This document shows, one piece after another, positions 24,778-34,174 of a stretch of DNA of 41,825 bases. Position 1 is the first letter of the stretch; each line of letters opens with the position of its first letter. The stretch covers positions 1-41,825 of IMG/VR virus record IMGVR_UViG_3300045974_000095, one strand, 5' to 3'. Both the position numbers and the translations under genes were made by a program. A model generated the notes under the pieces. It was not told the DNA's origin. It saw only the letters and a list, made by a program, of their open reading frames with translations, and did not search any database. The stretch comes from a virus.

Positions 24778-26933
24778 TTGTCCCCCTTCTTGGCAGGCTT
24801 CTCCTTCGCCTGCTGGAGCTTCTGCTTGTGCTGCGCGTCGGCCTGCTCGAGCGCCATGTCGCCCTTCTTCTCGTCGAGGGCAGACTGCCGCGCCTGCCCC
24901 TGGATGTCAGCCTCCATCTGCCGCACGCTGAGTTCGTGATCCGCCTGCGCTTTGGCGATGTCGATCTGCGCCTTCTGCTGCGCGACGGCCAGGGTGAGCT
25001 CGCCCTTCTGCTTGTCAATCTCGAGCCCGAACCTCTGGGCCAGCAGGTTCATCTGGTTCTCCTGCTGCTTCATCTGCAGTTCCATCTGCTTGATCTGCAT
25101 GTCCATCTGCGCCTGCTGCTGCGCGATCTGCATCTCCATCTTGGCCTTCTCGATCTCCGGGTTGGGCGGAGGCGGAGCGTTGGCGGCTTGCTGCTGAGCC
25201 TGATCCGCCTGCACCACCATCTGGTCAAGCACCCCTTCGATCGACGCCCCGCCCCGGAATCCCGCCATGGACCACTGGAGCATCTGCAAGAGGTAGCGTG
25301 CCGACCAGGGAGCGCCCTGGATGATGGGGGCGCTGCTCTGGAGGAACTGCGCCACCGCCAGGAGGAACTCGGCCCGTTCCTGCTTAACCGACGCCATGTC
25401 GGCCATCGCCACCGACTCGGGCTTCACCTCGATGCGGTACTGGTAGAAGTCCGACTTGATCAGCTGGACCGCCTGCATCGCCGAGTTCTGGTCTGCGCCC
25501 ATCATGTACTGGACGTTGGACTGCTTGACGATGGTCTCCGGGTCGTAGTGCTTCGAGATGATCTCCGCCTTGATGGACTGGGCGTCGCTGGCGAACCGCG
25601 CGAACTCGTTCTGAAACTCCTGCACGCGGGTGGAAGCGAACTTGGCCTTGAGGGCCTGCTCGGTGGCAGTCGCCCCTGCGGTGCTCTGGCCGCGCATGAT
25701 ATCGCTCATGCCCGTGACCTGGAAGAGCAGCGCCATCAGCTCCGTACGGTACTCGCGGAGCTTGTCGAGCGCGTTGACGAACATCTCGAGCGGGAGCCAG
25801 TCGATGACCGCCGCCAGCCCACCCTTCTCCTTGAACATGGCGAAGTTGTCGGTGGGGATGAGTTCGTTCTGGATGGCCTCGGACAGCACCCGCTTGATCT
25901 CGTCGCTATTCTTGTCGTACACGCCGCGAGCTGCGATGGCGCGCTCGAGGTTGGTGATACGCGACGACACGTTGTCGACCTCGTCGTAGAGGTCCTGGGC
26001 CAGCGTGAAGTCCGGCGTGGGGATGAGCTTGGCGGTGGTGAGGTTGGCGAACATCGGCCGGGGGATGGGCCAGAAGCCCTCGAGGCCGAGCGTGTCCTTC
26101 TTCTCGTCGAGGATACGATCGTAGCCCTCGACCCACCAGTAGATCTTCTTCTCCTCCTTCGACCAGATCTCCCATACCTCGGCTCGCTGCCAGGGCTGGT
26201 TCTTCTCGTCCTCCATGACGGCGGTGCTGGCCTTGGAGTGATCCCGGTTGGCCGTCATCGGCACGAGCTTGTAGTGCTCCGGGAACCGCTTCTTCAGCTG
26301 GTCCTGCGTCATGGGGTTGCGGAAGGCCACCCACCGGACCTCTTCCCAGGTGCGGCACGGGCTCCAGCGGAAGTCGCGCCAGTTGACGTAGTCGGTGTCG
26401 ACGCACTCGTACTTCTTCACCGTCTTCGTGTACTTCGGCGCCAGCTCCTGGCCGGTCACAGGATGCGTGATAGCCGGGATCTCCTTGTCCTCGAACTCCG
26501 CCTCGTAGCGGCAGCGAACCACGCCTAGTCCGGGAAGCAGTCGGTCGGACAGGGCGTTCTCGAGCGCCTCGGCGTAGGTGTCGTCGTCCTTCTCGATATC
26601 GGTGTTCAGGAGACGCTGGAGCATCTCGCCAGCGTACCGGGCTACGTCGTCGTTCGGATCAGCGAAGCGCCGCTTGACGTCCACCTGTGGGGTCTTCCCG
26701 TAGAGGAGCGCCCGCAGCGTCTGGACATTGGCGGTGAAGAGGTTGACGCGCGTGTTGAGCATCGGCATGCTCTCGCCGTCACGGTCATCGATGAACCGCT
26801 TGATGATCCGGTCACCCCGCTCGGTCCAGCGCTCCTGGCCCTTCTTCGCGGCCTGCATCTCGATGTTCCAGAGCTGCGCCTTGCCGACAGGAGTGTTGGC
26901 GAACTGTGCTTTGTTTTCGATCATTTCGGCCAT
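24774..26933 (-). CDS. Portal protein with a long C-terminal coiled-coil extension.
   Basis: The protein is 719 aa from ATG 26933, which overlaps the TerL stop by 1 nt (TGATG). The position and size fit a portal, and there is a conserved central region. The last ~150 aa are Q/K/E/A-rich heptad-like sequence. Confidence 0.85.
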   Translation of the reverse strand: MAEMIENKAQFANTPVGKAQLWNIEMQAAKKGQERWTERGDRIIKRFIDDRDGESMPMLNTRVNLFTANVQTLRALLYGKTPQVDVKRRFADPNDDVARYAGEMLQRLLNTDIEKDDDTYAEALENALSDRLLPGLGVVRCRYEAEFEDKEIPAITHPVTGQELAPKYTKTVKKYECVDTDYVNWRDFRWSPCRTWEEVRWVAFRNPMTQDQLKKRFPEHYKLVPMTANRDHSKASTAVMEDEKNQPWQRAEVWEIWSKEEKKIYWWVEGYDRILDEKKDTLGLEGFWPIPRPMFANLTTAKLIPTPDFTLAQDLYDEVDNVSSRITNLERAIAARGVYDKNSDEIKRVLSEAIQNELIPTDNFAMFKEKGGLAAVIDWLPLEMFVNALDKLREYRTELMALLFQVTGMSDIMRGQSTAGATATEQALKAKFASTRVQEFQNEFARFASDAQSIKAEIISKHYDPETIVKQSNVQYMMGADQNSAMQAVQLIKSDFYQYRIEVKPESVAMADMASVKQERAEFLLAVAQFLQSSAPIIQGAPWSARYLLQMLQWSMAGFRGGASIEGVLDQMVVQADQAQQQAANAPPPPNPEIEKAKMEMQIAQQQAQMDMQIKQMELQMKQQENQMNLLAQRFGLEIDKQKGELTLAVAQQKAQIDIAKAQADHELSVRQMEADIQGQARQSALDEKKGDMALEQADAQHKQKLQQAKEKPAKKGDK

Positions 26934-28369
26934 CAGATTCTCCTGCGCTGCTGCATTCTGCGCGAGTGATCCTCGAAGAGCTGCTCGAGGTGGAAGGAAT
27001 GGTGCAGAGGCTTGGCAATCGGCTCGACAACCTTGGGGGTACGGTTCTTCTTGATCTTGTCCTGGAAGATTTCCGAGACGCGTACGACGCACGCCAAGTA
27101 GCGGAATGAGTCAGCTGCGTGCGACGCCCAGTCGTGCTCAGGCTGCGATGAAAAGGTCTTGGCTTCCTCGTCGTAGTCGTAGTGATACTGGCGGAGTGCC
27201 TCGAGGCCCTCGTTGACGCGGGGGTGGAATCGTATCGGCTGTTGGAGCAGCCAGCGTCCAGCCTGGATGCCGTCTAGCAGAGGCATGTTCGGACCGACGA
27301 CCACCTGCCCCGGCCACTTCCTCAGCATCTGGTTCAGGATGGACTGACCGGACGAAAGTGTCACCTGCCGTGCGTCGTGCGGAAGCCAATGCTTGACGTA
27401 CTTGTACGGCTTCGAGTCGATCAGGTCGAAGTAGTGGGATAGGGGCTTTCCGGTTTCCTCGTAGTAATCGATGATGTCCACGCCCCCGTCACGGAACTGC
27501 CAGAACCAGATGGCGGTTGAGTCGGTGATGCCGAGGTCCCATGACGTGAACACGTCGGAGAAGTCGTGGTCGAACTCCGGCATTCCGTCGACTTCGATGA
27601 GCCGGTTGATGAGGTCACCCCAGATAGCTCCGACCAGCGCCGCGTTCCAGTCACAGTCGTACTCCTGCGCCACAAGGGCGTCGGGCATACCGTCGGACTT
27701 CTCTTCGTCCATCACTTCATCGGCGGACTTGTAGTATTCCCCCTTGGCGTTCTGCCACTCCGCATACGCACCAGTATCCCGCAGGCGCTGGACTTCGCAG
27801 AACCACATCGGATCCTTGACCGCTGCGTCGTACAACTCCTTGGCGTGGTTCCGTCCTCGAGGCGTGGTGATGTACGACTCCCAGCCACCGTTCTCGCGGA
27901 GCATTGGGCGGATAAGGTTGCGGGCCCTCGGGTTGGAGATGGCGTACTCGGAGTAGACCACACCGACAGGGCCAGCGCCCACCACTTCGATCTTGTCCGA
28001 ACCCAGGAGGCGCCAGATCGAGCCGCACTTGAGCTCGAGCATCATCTGGGACTCGTCCTTCTTCTTGATGATCGAGCCAGCCCGCTTGATGTCCGAGAAC
28101 CCGGGGAACACGTTCTCCATGATGCGCTTGCCGTCGCGCCTGAACCCTTCCCAGATCGCCTTGCGTGCCTGGGTGAACGAGGGGTAGATGTGCCAGTAGA
28201 CTCCCTTGCGCTGATGGGCCAGCTTGACAGTCTGGTGCATGGCCGTCAGGTCCTTGCCGCCTCGGCGGTGGACCACCCACAGGGCCTTCTTACCTCCCGC
28301 GTCGAAATACCTCATGTATCGGGACTGGTAGTCCCGAGGCGTGAAGTCGTTGGGGAGGGAAACCTTCAT
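26933..28369 (-). CDS. Terminase large subunit.
   Basis: DYQSRYMRYFDAGGKKALWVVHRRGGKDL is a Walker A-like motif, and a nuclease domain follows (DLGITDSTAIWFWQ...HWLPHDA...). ATG 28369 lies just after the upstream stop. The listed ORF start at 28396 is a TTG. Confidence 0.9.
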   Translation of the reverse strand: MKVSLPNDFTPRDYQSRYMRYFDAGGKKALWVVHRRGGKDLTAMHQTVKLAHQRKGVYWHIYPSFTQARKAIWEGFRRDGKRIMENVFPGFSDIKRAGSIIKKKDESQMMLELKCGSIWRLLGSDKIEVVGAGPVGVVYSEYAISNPRARNLIRPMLRENGGWESYITTPRGRNHAKELYDAAVKDPMWFCEVQRLRDTGAYAEWQNAKGEYYKSADEVMDEEKSDGMPDALVAQEYDCDWNAALVGAIWGDLINRLIEVDGMPEFDHDFSDVFTSWDLGITDSTAIWFWQFRDGGVDIIDYYEETGKPLSHYFDLIDSKPYKYVKHWLPHDARQVTLSSGQSILNQMLRKWPGQVVVGPNMPLLDGIQAGRWLLQQPIRFHPRVNEGLEALRQYHYDYDEEAKTFSSQPEHDWASHAADSFRYLACVVRVSEIFQDKIKKNRTPKVVEPIAKPLHHSFHLEQLFEDHSRRMQQRRRI

Positions 28370-28370
28370 G

Positions 28371-29702
28371 TTAGTACCAGATGCAGTACGAGCCAATCTG
28401 CGCCGTGTGAGCTGCGGCGGCAGATGGGGCCATGACGAGACTAATCGTGCCCGTGGCGTTCATCACGCCACCGATCTGGATGGTGTCGATAAACACGCGG
28501 GCGGCTCCGCCCGTGATGACGTTGGCCGTGCATCCCGCCGCGCACGTCGCGGTGGCGAGGGCGTTCGTGGACTGAAGTGCCTCGGTGCGGGCGGGGAGCG
28601 TACCAGCGAGCCCGATGACTGCGTAGGTGTTCGCAGTCGTTACCGTGCCACTAGACTGAATCCCGTAGCGCGGCTGATTCACCGCAGAGGGCCGCGTCAT
28701 CAGGATGGCGCAGCGCCCGCTGTACGGAGCCCCTGCGGCGTAAGTCCCCGAGGTCATCGGTACTCCGCCAGCCCCCACGATTCCGAGTGTGTTCGCCACG
28801 GCAGACGACGCCCAGGTGGCAGTGAGTTCGGTGGTGGTCCCGACTCCCGCCGCACCAGTAGGTCCTGTCGGTCCAGTCGGCCCTGTCGCGCCAGTCGGCC
28901 CCGTCGGACCAGTCGCGCCTACATCTCCCCTGGGAATAGTGAAGTTGAACGTGGCCGCAGACGAACTACCGCTGTTGGTTACGGAAGCGGAAGTGCCCGG
29001 TGCTCCGGTGGTGGTTGTTCCTACAGTGATCGTCGCTGCCGCACCGTTGGTCCCGTTCGATCCCGCAGGCCCGGTAGGTCCGGTCGGACCGGCGGGGCCG
29101 GTCGCCCCGGCTGCTCCCGCAGCCCCTGGAGTTCCTGCCGCTCCGTCTGCGCCTGCTGGACCAGTAGGGCCCGTCGCTCCGGCGGCCCCTGGCGCTCCAT
29201 TCGTCCCATTCGTACCCGCTGGACCTGTAGGCCCTGTCGCGCCTGTCGCACCTGGGGAGCCTGGAGCTCCCGGAGTTCCTGCGGCTCCTGCAGGACCCGT
29301 AGGGCCTGTCGGTCCGGTTGGGCCTGGAGCTCCGGCCGCTGCGGCGCATGTCGGCACTCCGGTCGCGGAGATCCCCGTGGCGAATAGCCCCGGAGTGCAG
29401 GCAGATCCGGCGTAGGCGCCGAGCGTCGTGGCCGTTCCGTAAGTCTGCAGGACTCCCGCCGAACCAGCGGGGGCGCTTCCTCCGCCACCGCCGGTCCCCG
29501 GAGGTCCCTGCGGACCAGGAGGCCCTTGGGGGCCGACCTGCATCGGCACCGTGATGGTGCCGTAGGTTCCCTGGACCTTGCAGTCGATCCCAGTTCCCGC
29601 GCAGTTGAGCGTGTTGACCACGCCCTTGTTCTGCCCCTCCTTCTGGATGGTCAGCTGCGCGGGATACTGCGAGAGCAGCAGAGCCAGGATGAGTGCGTTC
29701 AC
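28371..29702 (-). CDS. Collagen-like (G-X-Y repeat) fibre protein with a hydrophobic N-terminus.
   Basis: GTG 29702 overlaps the upstream stop (GTGA), with an AGGAA RBS. The N-terminus is [15 protein letters not shown]. Long [34 protein letters not shown]... tracts are present. The C-terminal domain is globular and Ala/Thr-rich. Confidence 0.7.
   Translation of the reverse strand: MNALILALLLSQYPAQLTIQKEGQNKGVVNTLNCAGTGIDCKVQGTYGTITVPMQVGPQGPPGPQGPPGTGGGGGSAPAGSAGVLQTYGTATTLGAYAGSACTPGLFATGISATGVPTCAAAAGAPGPTGPTGPTGPAGAAGTPGAPGSPGATGATGPTGPAGTNGTNGAPGAAGATGPTGPAGADGAAGTPGAAGAAGATGPAGPTGPTGPAGSNGTNGAAATITVGTTTTGAPGTSASVTNSGSSSAATFNFTIPRGDVGATGPTGPTGATGPTGPTGPTGAAGVGTTTELTATWASSAVANTLGIVGAGGVPMTSGTYAAGAPYSGRCAILMTRPSAVNQPRYGIQSSGTVTTANTYAVIGLAGTLPARTEALQSTNALATATCAAGCTANVITGGAARVFIDTIQIGGVMNATGTISLVMAPSAAAAHTAQIGSYCIWY
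28851..29535. repeat. Interrupted 9-bp-periodic G-X-Y coding repeats (collagen-like tracts).
   Basis: GGNCCNGTN / GGNCCNGCN-type triplet-of-triplets repeats are visible at 28851-28930, 29041-29340 and about 29490-29535. Confidence 0.8.
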
Positions 29703-30745
29703 TTGCAGTTCCTGTAGTTGGCCGTCGCCGCGCAGATATTCAGGTCCTTGATGTATCCGGTGAACTGGAACCCCGCACCTTGGGTCTGTCCGATGCCCAT
29801 ATCTGAGGGAGATGCAGTCCACAACCCTGTACCCGCCCCGGATGTCGCACCAGAAACGACCACGCCGTTTATGCTCATGGTCAGCGTCCCGCTGGCGTTG
29901 CAGATCACGATACGCTGCGCGGAACCGTCCGCAAGCGTGCCCGTGATGCCCGAAGCCGCCACCTGCTTCGCTCCTGCCGCAGAGTCGTACACTTCGAAGA
30001 TCAGATCGGGCGGCGACTGGCGCAGTCGGAATGAGTTGATCCCACCATCGGGCCCGCCCTGCATCATACGGAATCCGCCGCCAATCGTGGTGGCCCAAGA
30101 TCGACCATCTGCGGGCTGGTATGTCGCAGCGAGACACCAGTTTGGCGTGAGGGTTGGGAACCCCAACGAGTTCATGTTGTCGGAAGACCGTGCCACCGCT
30201 CCAGCGGTGGTCGGGATGTAGGACGTGCGGAATGCCAGAGGTTCAACTTGCGCTCGTGTCGTGCCCGCGCTCGTGGTGACGAGTACCGTGCCCCCCACAG
30301 TCACCGTGAAGGGACAGACCACCCCAGACGCTACACCGGAGCAGGCCAGTCCGGTGACGGTAGCGGTTCCGGCCACCACGGTCAGCGTTCCACCGACCTG
30401 CCATGCGACGTGGCTGCCCGCGGACAGGGCGGCAGTTGCTTCCGTGGTCTTGGGGTGCGTGCCGGAGTTGAGCAGGTAGTTGGTGCTTCCGAACTCCACC
30501 AGATACCCCTGCGAGGCCACTCGGTAGAGCCCCGTCGCGCACGTCTGTACCGTCCCAGAGCCGTCGACGTAGGTCGCTGTCGACGCCCGCCCGAAGCCCA
30601 CCGTTCCGCCGGTAGGGTAGCATCCCGGCGTGTTGAATGCCCATCGGCGCGTGACGCGCTCCTGACTCGCACCGGGGGGCCCGTTGGCCCACCCCTGACC
30701 AAAGGCCAGGGATGGTAGGAGCAGAAGTAGTGCAAGGATCTTCAT
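29699..30745 (-). CDS. Predicted secreted protein with a lectin/LamG-like beta-sandwich character.
   Basis: The Sec-type signal peptide is [18 protein letters not shown], with an AGGAG RBS. The body is beta-rich and Gly/Thr/Ala-rich. The fold assignment is only an impression. Confidence 0.45.
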   Translation of the reverse strand: MKILALLLLLPSLAFGQGWANGPPGASQERVTRRWAFNTPGCYPTGGTVGFGRASTATYVDGSGTVQTCATGLYRVASQGYLVEFGSTNYLLNSGTHPKTTEATAALSAGSHVAWQVGGTLTVVAGTATVTGLACSGVASGVVCPFTVTVGGTVLVTTSAGTTRAQVEPLAFRTSYIPTTAGAVARSSDNMNSLGFPTLTPNWCLAATYQPADGRSWATTIGGGFRMMQGGPDGGINSFRLRQSPPDLIFEVYDSAAGAKQVAASGITGTLADGSAQRIVICNASGTLTMSINGVVVSGATSGAGTGLWTASPSDMGIGQTQGAGFQFTGYIKDLNICAATANYRNCK

Positions 30746-30753
30746 GTTGGCTC

Positions 30754-33045
30754 CTAGGTCGTACCGTCGGTGATGAGGCCGAGGTTGGCAAGCGCGGTGA
30801 GTAGGTTCTTCACCGACGCCTTGAGGTCCGCGACCGTCGCGGCGCTGTTGACGAGCCCGGTGACGGTGGGGCGCAGAATGGCGGTGGCCCCGATGAATCC
30901 GAGTTTGTTCCCCGCGATGCCAACATTCACCGAGCCGACGCCACCAGGACCGTTGCCCGCCGCGAGATTGATGTTGCCGCCCCGCGCCGGAGTCGCACCG
31001 TTCTTCCCGTCGCCCGCCGTGACCGAGAAGTCACCTCCGCGACCTGCGGCGGTGCCCGATGCCGACTGCCCACCGTTACCCAGGACGATGATGCCGTCGG
31101 CACCAGCTCCGGCATCTCCGGTCGTGCCCGTGAAGATGGTGTTGGCGTTCTGCCCCCGGAAGATGAACGCGGCAGGCGCGTCCACGCCGGGACCGTCGAA
31201 CTGTAGGTAGTTCGGTCCGCGAGCGTCGATGTGAAGGTGCGCCTTGATCTCATGCTCGCCACCGACCTCGGTGTCCACGCCAATGCCGAACATCGGCTGG
31301 AAGGAGGTATACTGCACCGGGAGCCCGCCCTGGACACCGTAGGGTTTGGAAACGAGGATCTTCGCCCCACCATTCCCGTACTGATGGTCGAACACCTCCA
31401 CCATGCGGAGCACGTCGGAGTTGGGCCAGTCGACGTAGGGCGTCAGGACGGCGTTGTTCTCCTGCCCCCCGTTGAGCATGTCGGGCCCAATCTTCGCGCC
31501 GCGAAGACCGCCGAGCCGGTAGTATCCCTTGTTCGCCCCGCCCATCGAGTTCGAGTGGCTGACGACGCCCTGATTCGACTGGCCCAACCACGCCGTGACA
31601 CCGTTCTCGTCGGCCTCACCGGGGCGGAAGTCGATGCCGTAGTCCAGAGCGCGACCGCCGACCATGTTGGTCGTCAGGTGATGCGCTCCCGCATTTGATC
31701 CCTGGCTGGTGAACAGGATGGGCGTTGCGGCGTAGTAGTATCCCGCGCCGTGCCCGTAGTATCCCGCCGCCGAGTACGTCCCGCCAGCCCAATACGTCGG
31801 ATGCGTGTCCGGCTGCTTGTTCAGGTTGCCGTCGCGGATCGAGATGTAGACCTTGCCTCCGTAGGTCACGAAGGCGCGGCGTCGGTAGGTGGTCCCCGCG
31901 CTGTACGCAGCGGCTCCGGGTTGCAGCCATTGAGCAGGCTGTTCGAAGTACGTCCCGGCCATGAAGATGCCGCGCGCGGGATCGCCATAGAAGGGCTCCG
32001 CGACGTGGCCCTGGAGGTCGCTGCCGATGATGGTCAGGTTGCCGATGGAGTTCTGGCGATTGATGATGTTGTTCTTGAAGTCGCCCGAGTTCCCCATGAA
32101 TCGTCCATCGATCCAGATGGCGTGACCCGCCGCGCCTGCCACCTCGCAGCCGATGATCAGAGAGTCGGTGGTGCCGCCGGTCTTGTCGCCAGAGAACCTG
32201 AATCCGTGGCTCTCTCCGTCGCCGCCGATAAAGATATTCGTGAAGCGGTGCCCGAAGGAGTTCCCACCACCACCCCCGGCTCCACCGCCTGCGATCGTGA
32301 TGGCCGCATCGTCCGCGCTCAGCGAGCGCGACAGGATGGTCAGGTCGTTGAACCAGTACCGCAGTCCGTTCCAGATGTTGATCGCCCCGACACCGCTCGC
32401 ATTGGCGGTCTTCAGGGTCAGATCTCGCATCGAGAAGTAGCCCGGATACGGACCCGGAGCGGCGGAGAGGTCGGAGTCGAAGTCGAACATCACTCCGGGG
32501 TTGACCTGGGTGATGAGCGAGCCGTGTCGGGAAGCGCCTCGCACGCTGTACCACCCCGTCCACTTCCCCGGACCGCCCGCCATCGCTTCGACAGGCGTGA
32601 CGAGCAGGTTTGCCCCGTCGGGGACTACGACGACGCGCCCGCCTTTCGTGGTGTCCGATCCCGGCGGCATCACGAGCTGCGCCGCGTTGATCGCCGCGCC
32701 GATGTCGGTGGTGGGGCTCCCGTAGTCCTCCGCGTGCATCACGTCGTTGGCACGGTCCGCGAGCGTGTGCGGAACACTCGAGCCGGTGGCCGTGACGAAG
32801 GACGACCCTGATGTTGCGATGGGCACGCCCGCCGCCACCAGAGCCGCATCCGCCGCGATGCGCGCTGCGGTCTCCGCTGCGATGACCTGAGCGTTGGCGA
32901 TCTCGGACGTCCGCAGGTCGAGCAGCGCCTCTCGAGTCTTGTTGGCGTCCCCCGCCGCCCACTCTGTGTTGGCACCGCTCGGGGGCCTGCTGTCCTGCTT
33001 TACGGGCGGAAGGACACTCGCCCCATCGGGAATGAAGGAGCCCAT
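30754..33045 (-). CDS. Tailspike with a right-handed beta-helix (pectate-lyase-like) domain; depolymerase candidate.
   Basis: The protein is 763 aa from ATG 33045. Evidence:
- N-terminal coiled segment (EIANAQVIAAETAARIAADAALVAAG).
- TLADRANDVMHAEDYGSPTTDIGAAINAAQ is typical of pectate-lyase-superfamily tailspikes.
- Gly/Asn-rich repeats are present.
- The C-terminal NKLGFIGATAILRPTVTG...LGLITDG motif is common in phage fibres. Confidence 0.7.
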   Translation of the reverse strand: MGSFIPDGASVLPPVKQDSRPPSGANTEWAAGDANKTREALLDLRTSEIANAQVIAAETAARIAADAALVAAGVPIATSGSSFVTATGSSVPHTLADRANDVMHAEDYGSPTTDIGAAINAAQLVMPPGSDTTKGGRVVVVPDGANLLVTPVEAMAGGPGKWTGWYSVRGASRHGSLITQVNPGVMFDFDSDLSAAPGPYPGYFSMRDLTLKTANASGVGAINIWNGLRYWFNDLTILSRSLSADDAAITIAGGGAGGGGGNSFGHRFTNIFIGGDGESHGFRFSGDKTGGTTDSLIIGCEVAGAAGHAIWIDGRFMGNSGDFKNNIINRQNSIGNLTIIGSDLQGHVAEPFYGDPARGIFMAGTYFEQPAQWLQPGAAAYSAGTTYRRRAFVTYGGKVYISIRDGNLNKQPDTHPTYWAGGTYSAAGYYGHGAGYYYAATPILFTSQGSNAGAHHLTTNMVGGRALDYGIDFRPGEADENGVTAWLGQSNQGVVSHSNSMGGANKGYYRLGGLRGAKIGPDMLNGGQENNAVLTPYVDWPNSDVLRMVEVFDHQYGNGGAKILVSKPYGVQGGLPVQYTSFQPMFGIGVDTEVGGEHEIKAHLHIDARGPNYLQFDGPGVDAPAAFIFRGQNANTIFTGTTGDAGAGADGIIVLGNGGQSASGTAAGRGGDFSVTAGDGKNGATPARGGNINLAAGNGPGGVGSVNVGIAGNKLGFIGATAILRPTVTGLVNSAATVADLKASVKNLLTALANLGLITDGTT

Positions 33046-33052
33046 TCGGACC

Positions 33053-33493
33053 TCAGTTGCAGGCGAAGTAGATCGTGAACGACCCGCCGGACACCGTACC
33101 CGCTGTCGGTAGCACCGCGATCCTTCCACTCGGCACGACGATCCACTTCCCGTCGAAGTGCTGGCATCGCTGGCCGGTGGTCGAGACCAAGGTCTGGTCG
33201 GGGTAGACGCCCCAGAGCTTGGCGGTCGCGTCCCAGGCGTACACGCTCAGCGTCACCGCACCGGTCACGGTGTTGGACGCAGCGGCGCAGGCGAAGATGT
33301 CGATGCCTCGCGGGCACTGATTCAGCTGCCACCCGAGCGCGGCGCTCGTGGCGTCCGTGAAGGGCGTTTCGGTCACGGTCGTGCAGACCACGTTCCCCGT
33401 GACGTTGTCGGCGTTGGTGGTCCACGTGCAAGTCGCCTGCGCCAGCGAGGCGGGGGCGAGGAGGAACAGCGCGAGCATCAGGAACTTCTTCAT
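33053..33493 (-). CDS. Predicted secreted Cys-rich small protein.
   Basis: The signal peptide is MKKFLMLALFLLAPASLAQA, with a GGAGGTGG RBS. The mature part has 8 Cys. The start overlaps the upstream stop (ATGA). Confidence 0.5.
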   Translation of the reverse strand: MKKFLMLALFLLAPASLAQATCTWTTNADNVTGNVVCTTVTETPFTDATSAALGWQLNQCPRGIDIFACAAASNTVTGAVTLSVYAWDATAKLWGVYPDQTLVSTTGQRCQHFDGKWIVVPSGRIAVLPTAGTVSGGSFTIYFACN

Positions 33494-33714
33494 GTGCCAC
33501 CTCCGACGGAAGCGGTGGCGCTCCCGGTCTTCGAGAACTTCGTGTCATCGGAGTCCATGTCGGGCTCCTTCAGATCGGGCTCCTTGTGGGACTTCCCTCT
33601 CAGCATCTTCGCCATCACCTTCTGGGCGGCGAGGCCCCCGCGCTTCACGGCACCCTTCACCATGTCGATGTCTCCTTGTACGGACTTCGCGTGCAGCTCG
33701 TCGATGTCGGCCAC
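33490..33714 (-). CDS. Small charged protein (hypothetical).
   Basis: GTG 33714 is preceded by AAGGGGGA and lies directly after the terS-candidate stop. The protein is 74 aa. Confidence 0.4.
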   Translation of the reverse strand: MADIDELHAKSVQGDIDMVKGAVKRGGLAAQKVMAKMLRGKSHKEPDLKEPDMDSDDTKFSKTGSATASVGGGT

Positions 33715-33715
33715 G

Positions 33716-34048
33716 CTAGTCCCCCTTGATGGTTGTGATCTCGATCTGCAGCCCACCATCCACGCCGACTTCCTGCTTGGGCTTGGCGATCGTGTGCTCC
33801 GCCTTGAACTTCAGCGCGCCCAGGATCGCAGTCGCGTTGCGGGGGGCCTGTCCCTGAGCGAGGCGCTGAATCATGGCAGCGTCCCCTGCGGTCAGGGTGA
33901 GGGCGTTCTTGGCTTCCTGATCCGTGAGCAGCGTGGCAAGCTCCTCCGCGGTCTGCTTCTGCTTTCTGACTCGCCGCTGTCGTGAGGCTTGGAGGAAGCG
34001 CTGCGTGTCGTCGAGCTTGCGCTTCTTCCTCGGCTTGTAGTCCTTCAT
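33716..34048 (-). CDS. First gene of the late operon; terminase small subunit candidate.
   Basis: The protein is 110 aa with a highly basic N-terminus (KPRKKRKLDDTQRFLQASRQRRVRKQKQ) followed by a helical segment. No other terS candidate is present. It is separated from TerL by four genes. Confidence 0.35.
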   Translation of the reverse strand: MKDYKPRKKRKLDDTQRFLQASRQRRVRKQKQTAEELATLLTDQEAKNALTLTAGDAAMIQRLAQGQAPRNATAILGALKFKAEHTIAKPKQEVGVDGGLQIEITTIKGD

Positions 34049-34174
34049 GTCCTGGTCATCTTTCACGTGGCTCTCCGTGTCCCAGACCGTTGAAATCGTT
34101 CGCGGCCCTCGGGACTTGGGGCCCACCGCCCGGGTCGCGCGAGCAGAGCGGGGTGAACCGGGGGGTGGGTGCTC

